From Thraustochytrium aureum (lineage: Eukaryota), in NCBI GenBank assembly GCA_012862495.1, contig BLSG01000380.1, forward strand, positions 25,998 to 65,921: a stretch of DNA of 39,924 nucleotides. The letters are read 5' to 3'. A model generated the notes under the pieces. The model ran no database searches, was not told the origin of the DNA, and was given only the letters and a program-made list of their open reading frames with translations. Shown piece by piece: positions 31,560 to 39,924 of the stretch (within the stretch, counting starts at the first letter, position 1; each line of letters begins with the position of its first letter). The position numbers were made by a program, and so were the translations under genes.

Positions 31560-34393
31560 TCAGTTCCAAGCATCGACTCCCAAAAACGCGCGCCAAGCCT
31601 CAGCGAGCTCCTGCACTGCGATAGACCCCGAGCCGCGCCGCCAGAGGGCCAAGCTCGCGACAAACGAGCGGCGCTCTGGCGTCCCGCGCGCCGCCAGCGC
31701 AGACGCACGTTGTGCAAGGTCGTCAGCACCACCAGAGGAGACGAACTGGCCGCCTCCTTGTCCAAGCCCTCGAAGCACCGCTTCGCCAGCCGAAAGAGGG
31801 CCCTCTTGAGCGATGACTGCGACATCAAGTGCAAGCGCCTCAAGGACGTCTACAATCGACGGCCCTCGCTCCAGCGCCACGAGGACGTCAATATTGCGCA
31901 AGACCTCAAGCCACTTGGCTNNNNNNNNNNNNNNNNNNNNNNNNNNNNNNNNNNNNNNNNNNNNNNNNNNNNNNNNNNNNNNNNNNNNNNNNNNNNNNNN
32001 NNNNNNNNNNNNNNNNNNNNNNNNNNNNNNNNNNNNNNNNNNNNNNNNNNNNNNNNNNNNNNNNNNNNNNNNNNNNNNNNNNNNNNNNNNNNNNNNNNNN
32101 NNNNNNNNNNNNNNNNNNNNNNNNNNNNNNNNNNNNNNNNNNNNNNNNNNNNNNNNNNNNNNNNNNNNNNNNNNNNNNNNNNNNNNNNNNNNNNNNNNNN
32201 NNNNNNNNNNNNNNNNNNNNNNNNNNNNNNNNNNNNNNNNNNNNNNNNNNNNNNNNNNNNNNNNNNNNNNNNNNNNNNNNNNNNNNNNNNNNNNNNNNNN
32301 NNNNNNNNNNNNNNNNNNNNNNNNNNNNNNNNNNNNNNNNNNNNNNNNNNNNNNNNNNNNNNNNNNNNNNNNNNNNNNNNNNNNNNNNNNNNNNNNNNNN
32401 NNNNNNNNNNNNNNNNNNNNNNNNNNNNNNNNNNNNNNNNNNNNNNNNNNNNNNNNNNNNNNNNNNNNNNNNNNNNNNNNNNNNNNNNNNNNNNNNNNNN
32501 NNNNNNNNNNNNNNNNNNNNNNNNNNNNNNNNNNNNNGTCCAGCTGAAGAGGTGAAGATTCACTGCATACCCTAGCATCCCCAAAGACGACACTGTCTGC
32601 GCGGCGAGCTTGCCTGCAGTGCTATTCACTACCTGCGGGGCGACGACGCAAATCTGCTGCCGCGAGACGCGAGTGTCTGCATCGTCTTCGCTCTGGTCGG
32701 CCGCGTCGGCAAGACCGGCTGCGAGGTGCCCGTACCCGCCGCAATGGCGAGCCACAGTGGATCGGAGCGCTTTGCTAGGACTGAGCACAGAGCTGCTTCG
32801 CCGCTCGAGCGCATCGGCGCTGAGCCAGGCGCACTGCTGGCACGCCGTCTTGGGGTCTGTCTTGGCGATGCCGCTCTCGGCCTCGGCGCAGTCCTCGCCG
32901 CCAAGCGCGCCTTCGGCGGCCCCGCGCGCGCTTTCGTCGCTGGCTGGCCCGTGCGCAAGCAGAGCGCGCAGCCGTAGCAGCGCAGAGCGAGGGGAAGGGT
33001 TTGCTGCCGCCGCCGCGTCAAAGTGCAAGCGCGCCTCGCGCCACGCCCCGAGCTGCATCAACCGCTTGCCCAAGTTGAAGTGGACGAGCTGCAGGTCAAA
33101 GCCGTGCCCAGCTCGCCCCGCGTCGCGCCCGCCACCGACCCTGGCGGCCTCCCACGCGCCATAGATAAGGAGCAAATTGGCCTCCAGTTCGCCTGGCCGG
33201 TAACCCAGGGGTGGTGCCCACCTCGCAGAGCCAGGCCCTGGCTCCTCCGCCTCGATCGCGATCTGGATCCATGCGCGCTGAAGCAGCGTCGGCGCGCTGT
33301 CCGGCTCAAACGCGAGCATCACGTGATCGACCAGCCAAACCGCCATGTCCTCCGCTAGATTCGCCTTGCGAAACGACGAGCGGTACGAGGAGTGCGCGCG
33401 CGAGTCGAGCAAGACCTGTTGGCGCCGTTTCGCTGCAACTCGAGACCGGGCTTGGACGAACTTGTAGAAGAATTCTGCAAACCCGTCAAGGTCACCGCGA
33501 ACGAGGGCCAGGATGGCGAGCTGGTTCAGCGAGTCGCCGTGGTCTGGCTCGATGCCGAGCGCTTCACGGAGAGCACGCTCCGCGCCGGCCCACTCGCCGC
33601 ACATCATGTTGTACAAGCCGAGGTGGAACCAGAGCGAGACCTCCAGGCCGCCCGCCGTGCTCGCTGCACGCCCGCGTGCCAATCGCTGGAGAGCCACAGC
33701 GACGACCTTTTTCGCCTCGAACGCGCGGTGCTGCGCCGCCAACGTGCGCGCCATCGACAGCAGCACGGCGGGCTCGTGCTGCTTCGGCAGCGACTNNNNN
33801 NNNNNNNNNNNNNNNNNNNNNNNNNNNNNNNNNNNNNNNNNNNNNNNNNNNNNNNNNNNNNNNNNNNNNNNNNNNNNNNNNNNNNNNNNNNNNNNNNNNN
33901 NNNNNNNNNNNNNNNNNNNNNNNNNNNNNNNNNNNNNNNNNNNNNNNNNNNNNNNNNNNNNNNNNNNNNNNNNNNNNNNNNNNNNNNNNNNNNNNNNNNN
34001 NNNNNNNNNNNNNNNNNNNNNNNNNNNNNNNNNNNNNNNNNNNNNNNNNNNNNNNNNNNNNNNNNNNNNNNNNNNNNNNNNNNNNNNNNNNNNNNNNNNN
34101 NNNNNNNNNNNNNNNNNNNNNNNNNNNNNNNNNNNNNNNNNNNNNNNNNNNNNNNNNNNNNNNNNNNNNNNNNNNNNNNNNNNNNNNNNNNNNNNNNNNN
34201 NNNNNNNNNNNNNNNNNNNNNNNNNNNNNNNNNCGGGACGTGGCCAGTCCAAACAGCTTTCCCCCATCGAGCCGCACAGACCTCACGAGGGCCGCACCCG
34301 GATCTTGCGCGCCTCGTGCACGGCGCTGCCCACTGCAAGAGCCGCCACGACAAGGGCGAAGGCTCCCCGGCGCAGTACGGCAGCTCCCCGCAT
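31560..34393 (-). CDS. Signal-peptide TPR protein with a divergent GT41 (OGT/SPINDLY-like) C-terminal domain. Spans two N-gaps.
   Basis: Hydrophobic leader 'MRGAAVLRRGAFALVVAALAVGSA'. TPRs 'WFHLGLYNMMCGEWAGAERALREALGIEPDHGDSLNQLA' and 'HFNLGKRLMQLGAWREARLHFDAA'. 'ICVVAPQVVNSTAGKL' before the gap and 'LRNIDVLV..VLEALALDVAVI..EAWRAFL' (ORF 31560..31901) after it resemble the two GT41 lobes. Confidence 0.65.
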
Positions 34394-35515
34394 GTTCCAG
34401 CCGCACGGCTCGGCACGGCTCCGCGGGGCTCCGGGCGGCTCCGCGTACTCTGTGGCCGCCTCTGGGCTCCCAGCGGGCCGCGCCCCCTCGCGCGCCTTGG
34501 CGCCTGGCGTGCTCTGCAGCGCGCGGCTGCAGCGCGCGGCGATTCTGCACTGCGGGTCCAACGGCGCCTCGCCATGCGTTCAGGAGCGGTTGTCCTGGGT
34601 CGTCCCTGGGCTGCCCTGGGACACCGCGGCGGCGTGGGCGGCGGCCGGCCTCGTTCGAGCAAGGCAACTGAAAGCACAGCGCGGTCGACGAGAACCGGTC
34701 TCGAGCTGCCCGCGCGAGCCTTGCCCCCCAGCCGAGGGTCTTGTGTCCTGCTGCGACGTACGCTCGCTCCTCTTGAAGGTTGGTTGCGACGCTGCCTCGC
34801 GCCGTCCCGAGGAGCCCTCGATTCCCCGCGCGGGAGCTGGCCTGGAGCGAGGCGCGGCCCTACCAACCTAGCGCCGCGCGCCCGGCCGGCGCTGCCGAGC
34901 CTGCCTCGAGCGCGGCCTGCCTGCCTTGCGAGCAGTTGAGGCTGCGCCGGGCCGTGTTCCGTGGACTGGGCGCGCTCGGGCCTGGCCTGGCCGCCGGGCT
35001 GCTCGCTGCCATAGCGGAAAAGCAATCTCCCCGTCCTGCCTGGCGCCTGTCGGACGGGGCTGTGCACCAGCCCAGCCAGCCGGCGGTGGCTGCGGTGGCG
35101 GCGCGCACGAAGGGGCATGGTTCTTGCAGTTCTGGCGGCCACGTCAGCCCATTTTTCAGTCGCGGTCCTTGCGGAGCGTGCTCATGCAAGAATCATGGCA
35201 ACGTGCCTACGAGAGTGCGGCGGGCCGGAACGAGCACCGCGCTCTGTGGAAAGAACGGCGCTGCCCACACGGCGGAGCTTGCTTGCAGATGACGTGGTTG
35301 AGGGACTGCAAAGCTGGAGCTGATCATGTGAGGTCAGTGGCCACGTTCTTTTGGTTTTCGATGGGGCGCCCCGGCCCGCCCGCCCGCCCACTTGCAAAGG
35401 CAAGCAGCGGGCTCTGGCAGACCCTCAACTCTCGCGACTGGGACTGCGATCTTGCTTCGATCCGAAATAGGCGAGGGAACCAGGCGCACGTTCTACCAGG
35501 AGTTGGTCGCTCGCG

Positions 35516-37184
35516 ATGGGTGGAGTCTTCGGACGCCCAGACACGGTGCAGCGCGGCTACTCGTTTGAGGTCGCAAATGAGACAGACGTCACTATCACCG
35601 TCTTCACCGAGCGGTCTGGGCCGCACGCACGCGTCGAGGCAAACTCGTCCGCGAAGGTTACTATTTTAGACGCCGTCAGGGCTCGCAAGCTGGTTTACAC
35701 CGCGCTCCACGGGCTCCACAGCCATGCTCTGCAAGTGAGCGCGCTGGTCGAGCCCACTGAGCGACGAAACGATGATATCTACGTGGTAAGGCGTTACAGC
35801 AGCGAGGCGCTCATGGCGGCTCTGAGAATCCAGCGAAACTGGCGCTCCTCGCGGAATCGCCGCAAGGCTGCCGCTGCGCAGCGGATCCAAGCGGCAGTGC
35901 GGCGTCGGCTCCGGCGTCGTGAAAACGCCGCGACCAAACTGCAGGCCTCTGTGAGGTGCATGCTGGCGTCTCGCAGTGTGATCTGCGTCTCGTGCTTGCT
36001 CGAGTACCCTGCAGCTCACACGTTGGTCGCGCACGGGTCGCCGCGCGAGCGCGCGAGCACTGTGCACAACCTCTGCCACGAGTGCTGCGCGGCAGAGGTG
36101 CGTCGCGCGAATGCTGAAGGGGCATTCGAGGTGGCGCGCTGCGTGGGCTCCAGATGCCAGTTCAGCTTGGAGCCCTCGCTTGTGCTGAAGTGCAGCGCGC
36201 TGGGCGTCGCGGAGGCGAGCTCGTATTGCTCTGCGCGATCAGAGTCGCACGACGAGCTCGCGCGGGGCTCCAGGCCACTAAAAGATCCCCGCTGTCGTCA
36301 TCCGCGCCATGAACGACTTGCGGCCCTACCGCAACTTTTCGCACAACGAGGTCGCGCTGCGTGTCCGAGGCGTGTCCGCGTCGGCGACGCTCTTGATACT
36401 GAGGAATCGCGGCTCGGAGGCGTCTGTTGTGTATGCGCAGCCGTCCCAGCGCGAAATCGGGGCGGTCAAGAGCGGAGACTCGCTGTTTGTGTCTAGCGAG
36501 GAGCTTGGCGGGGCCACTTGGCTGGCGGCCGTCGAAGAATCGAGCCGCCGGACGCTTTGGACAGGCATCCTCAAGAAAAGTTCGGAGGCGCACGTGGCAC
36601 GGCGCTCTGGAGAGCGGGAGCAGAGGGCGGCTGTTGACATTGGGAAAGCGCAATGGCGTTTCCAGGCTGACCCGATTGGCGATTTGCTTGCGACGCGCAT
36701 TCAGGCCAACGTGCGCCGCTTCCTGGCTGGACGGATCACGAGGTGCCAAATCTGCTTGAGCGACGTCGCCTTTGGCCTCACGAAGGTTTCTGGCGCCGCG
36801 TGCCTGCACCGATTTTGCTTCCGCTGCCTGCTTCAACACGTCGACCACAGCATAGACGGAGGCAAGTTCATGATACACTGCCCCGACGCGGGCTGCCGTG
36901 CAGAGATGGGAGACGGCGATTTGAGCCGAGTCCTGGGGATTGCCCCGGCTTCTGTTGCCAAGCAACGCATCGAGCGTACCCGAGCAGCGCACAGGCAGTA
37001 CTTGGATTCCTTGCTTGGCGGCCAAGTGGACGCCTCGTTCGCAGCGTGGGCAAAGAAAAACGCGCGGCGCTGCCCGCGCTGCCAAGTGCTGATCCATCGC
37101 GACGGCGGCTGCAACCATATGACTTGCAAGTGCGGAGCCACCTTTGACCATGAGGGCAACGGCGCTAGGTTGGCGACTGCGTAG
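35516..37184 (+). CDS. IQ-motif RING/Rcat (RBR-like) E3 ubiquitin ligase, with frameshift(s) at ~36185-36285
   Basis: Three IQ motifs (IQRNWR, IQAAVR, LQASVR), a degenerate RING 'CVSC..HNLCHEC..CVGSRC', a fourth IQ (IQANVRRF), RING1 'CQIC..CLHRFCFRC..CPDAGC', and Rcat 'CPRCQVLIHRDGGCNHMTCKCG'. Confidence 0.75.
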
Positions 37185-37503
37185 CTCCTGGCTGCCAGCC
37201 CAGCGTGGCGGGGCGCATGCACGGCTCGCACTTGGGAAGACGCGGCTTGCAGAGCGAGGAAACGCTAAGAACGATCATTTCTATGTCAATTTAATCGCAC
37301 CTTTGCTCCATGGAACAGTCAAAGCAGCTAGCAAATGTCGGGGCGCCGCTACGGGCTCAATGCGGGCTCGAGCGCCTCGGAGCGCGGCGAAGCAGGCAGC
37401 GAGCCGGGGCTGCGCACACTACGACGGATCTCTTGGCACTCGCTGGATCGATACAACTCCAGGCCTTGAAGCCAGCTGAGCCGAGTCCCGGTCGACCTCC
37501 GTT

Positions 37504-38211
37504 TCAACCCGGCACCGGGATCCGCATCACTGGTGCTCGAGACGCCACTATGGAGTGCTCGAGCGTAAACTGGCTTTTCTGGCGGGTCAACCTCGGGATG
37601 GAGATGCGGCGGGAGGTTTTCGAGCTTTGTTGGAAGAGGTTGTCCCCGCGCTCGATCAGCGCTTGGACAACGACGATCGCGGTCTTGACCTTGGCAGGAA
37701 CCTCGCGGTCCGGCAGTGCGGAGAGCACAAGCGAGGGTGCCAAACAGACCGCCAGAGCATATGCGGGCATCTTTGACGAGCGCTCCGCCTGCGCAACGCG
37801 GCCAAGCAGCTTGAGGACGCCTGCCAGGATCGAGGCCCGCGGCTGCGGGACCGCGCCGACAATCGAGACTAGCGACTTGTCAAACCGGTCCATGCTCTTG
37901 CGCGCTCGCGCGGAGTCGCCGCTTTCCACCTTGGAGGCCCACTTGAGCAGGCTGTTGACCTGTGCGCGCGAGAAGATCCGCTCTCGCGATTCCGTCAAGT
38001 AGCGCTTCAGGAGGCTCGCCACGTCGTTCGCCTCAGCGCCAACGGCAGGCTCCAGCGCCACGCCACGCTCGCCCCTTTCATAGCGGCTCACGAGTGAATC
38101 CACGACCTCCTTGCGGCCAGGCGCGCGGAAGAGAAACTCCGCTTCCGCGCACTTGTCGAGAAAGTCCACGCAGTCGTTCACCACATCGCCGAGTGCGGCG
38201 AGCAGCACCAT
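37504..38211 (-). CDS. RhoGAP domain protein (235 aa)
   Basis: Arginine-finger motif 'FLFRAPG', 'DVASLLKRYL' and 'KM...LAVCLAPSL'. Confidence 0.85.
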   Translation of the reverse strand: MVLLAALGDVVNDCVDFLDKCAEAEFLFRAPGRKEVVDSLVSRYERGERGVALEPAVGAEANDVASLLKRYLTESRERIFSRAQVNSLLKWASKVESGDSARARKSMDRFDKSLVSIVGAVPQPRASILAGVLKLLGRVAQAERSSKMPAYALAVCLAPSLVLSALPDREVPAKVKTAIVVVQALIERGDNLFQQSSKTSRRISIPRLTRQKSQFTLEHSIVASRAPVMRIPVPG

Positions 38212-38486
38212 CGCCACAGCGCCGCGCCGTCGCGGCCCCCAGCCAACCCCACCACCACCTTGACCTTTCGCTCTGCTCCGGCGCCCAAAACTAGGCGCAC
38301 AGCCAAAAACCACACGCCAGAACGTAGGAAGCTAGGTAGGCGCGCGCCTCGTCAGCGCAACCCTGGCTGGCTGGGGCCTGCCTTGCAGCGCTCGGCGCGA
38401 CGCCAGGCCGTGCCAGACGCGAGCCCGTCCTGCACCGCCTTTCCCTCCTGCGTCAACGATTCGCGTCTGCCCAACGTCGAGCTCGA

Positions 38487-38518
38487 GCTCAGGCGCTCAG
38501 GCGCTCAGGCGCTCAGGC
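38487..38518. repeat. (GCTCAGGC)4 tandem octamer
   Basis: Four exact copies read directly. Confidence 0.9.
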
Positions 38519-39287
38519 GAGTACCCTGCACGGTGCAGTGACCCTGGCCCGCTGGCACTCTATCGCGTTTCCCGGGTCGCCAGCAGGGAGCGGACTGCAC
38601 GCTGACTGCAGGCCGTGGCGCGAGTGCCTGCCCGCTGTCCGGCCTCGCTTCTTCCCACCAAAAACGGGGAAAGGAGGTGGTGAAATACATGGGTTGCGCG
38701 CGGTCTGGTGGGAGAGACTCCGCACGGTTTCGAGGTCGTCCCAACTTCGTGAACGGCCATGCAACAGCGAGCAAAGCACTGATCGTTTGGAAACAAACAA
38801 GACAAGGGTGCAGGAAAGGTATTTTGCGATCGATTTCGCGGGGTCCGGTATGGTCGACCGTGGGCCTGGTTTTGGGCGACGAGCAGAGAGCAGTTCACGA
38901 ACAAGAGAGCAAACCCGTGTTCGTTTTGTTCGATTTGCTCGCTCTTCCGGAAAGACGCCGCTCCGGGTCCGGTATCGTTCAGTGTTGCTCTAGAACCACG
39001 GCCAAGGTGTGTGTCGCGTGGTGGAGTGCTGGTGGACACGGCCGCAGCGCGCTTCCTTCGAGAAAACTGCATCGCGCTTGTGTGGCTCTGCGCGCGCCCC
39101 AGGGGAACTGCCGAGGGCGTCCTGGGCTCTTGGCGAAAATGCGACGCTGCTGCGACTCGACGTACTTGTGCCGCGCGAGGGAGTTGACGCTCTCGCTGGG
39201 CTTCGGAGCTGGCAAGGCGCTGGTCGGGTTGGATTCATGAGCCGCTCGACAAGTCGGCTGTCATCTCGATTGCCAGGGCGCTTGCTT

Positions 39288-39308
39288 GGTGGTGGTGGTG
39301 GTGGTGGT
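39288..39308. repeat. (GGT)7 microsatellite
   Basis: Read directly. Confidence 0.9.
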
Positions 39309-39435
39309 GTTGTGTGCAGGTTGTCGAGCCGTCCGAGTCGGCCGAGTCGCATTTTATCCTGGTGAGTGCTTGCGAGTTGTTTTGTTCTTGGTGCAGACAC
39401 CAAACGCGGCGAGGAAGATCGAGAGCGAGCGACGG

Positions 39436-39436
<1 letters not shown>

Positions 39437-39466
<30 letters not shown>
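39437..39466. repeat. (CAG)10 microsatellite 20 nt upstream of the Hsp10 ATG
   Basis: Read directly. Confidence 0.9.
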
Positions 39467-39469
<3 letters not shown>

Positions 39470-39486
39470 CGGCGAGACCGAGCAAG

Positions 39487-39790
39487 ATGAACTCTCTCCT
39501 TCGTAAGTTCGTCCCCATGGCCGACCGCGTCCTCGTGAAGCGCTCCCTGCCGGCCACCAAGACGGCTGGTGGCGTGTTTCTGCCCGAGTCGGCGAGCAAG
39601 AAGGACGTGGAGGCCGAGGTCGTGGCCGTGGGGCCCCGGCGCGCGCGACAAGGACGGCGCACTGGTGCCGATGACGCTGGCCGTCGGCGACAAGGTGCTG
39701 CTGCCAGAGTACGGCGGCCACACCGTCAAGCTCGGCGACGAGGAGTTTCAGCTGTTCCGCGACCAGGACGTCCTCGGCAAGTTTCTTTGA
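39487..39790 (+). CDS. HSP10: Mitochondrial 10-kDa co-chaperonin (Hsp10/Cpn10), with one extra base at ~39629-39637
   Basis: 'PMADRVLVKR..TKTAGGVFLPES..VVAVG' plus 'PGARDKDG..VGDKVLLPEYGG..FRDQDVLGK'. The 304-nt span equals 101 codons plus 1 nt. Confidence 0.95.
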
Positions 39791-39791
39791 G

Positions 39792-39807
39792 TACCTACCT
39801 ACCTACC
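39792..39807. repeat. (TACC)4 right after the Hsp10 stop
   Basis: Read directly. Confidence 0.85.
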
Positions 39808-39924
39808 TAACAACCCAAGGCGGCTCTTGCGGCGCCGGAGAATGCTACTGTGACCCTTCCTTCGCCCCCTCCCTTTCGCCCCGCGCGAGCCCGCCCGACT
39901 CGCCCGCCGACGCTACATGCGCTT

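Noticed and set aside
31543..31920. Plus-strand ORFs as a continuation of the 29008 gene
   Set aside because: The minus strand here encodes the GT41-like C-terminus, so the plus ORFs are shadows.
34400..35500. Fragmentary ORFs between the TPR and RBR-like genes
   Set aside because: No recognisable motif or consistent frame. A broken gene cannot be excluded.
38500..39270. ORF fragments between RhoGAP and Hsp10
   Set aside because: No family signal, and the strand cannot be decided from sequence alone.

Overview
This is a GC-rich, gene-dense, intron-poor eukaryotic scaffold segment with eight N-gaps (1769-2040, 4004-4541, 8436-8540, 16762-17035, 19508-19589, 28346-29007, 31921-32537, 33796-34233). 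Gene content suggests a flagellated protist, plausibly a stramenopile such as a labyrinthulomycete; this is inference, not proven. Recognisable genes, in order: TPGS2-like (two GT-AG introns); NADP glutamate dehydrogenase; a tandem-domain CudA-like putative transcription factor; a coiled-coil protein; a secreted PA-domain protein; CCDC191/Sfi1-like; a Ser-rich protein; a protein ending in a phage-like module; ODAD3/CCDC151-like; an intact 1804-aa MyTH4-FERM myosin; a Tudor-like/Pro-repeat protein; a signal-peptide TPR plus degenerate GT41 protein; an IQ-RING/Rcat (RBR-like) ligase; a RhoGAP; and mitochondrial Hsp10. Many genes are split by single-base indels, mostly in homopolymers, which I read as assembly errors. 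I found no rRNA, tRNA, CRISPR array or transposon, and no evidence for a coherent new multi-gene system. The best leads are unusual single-protein architectures. All family calls come from motif recognition from memory, not database searches.
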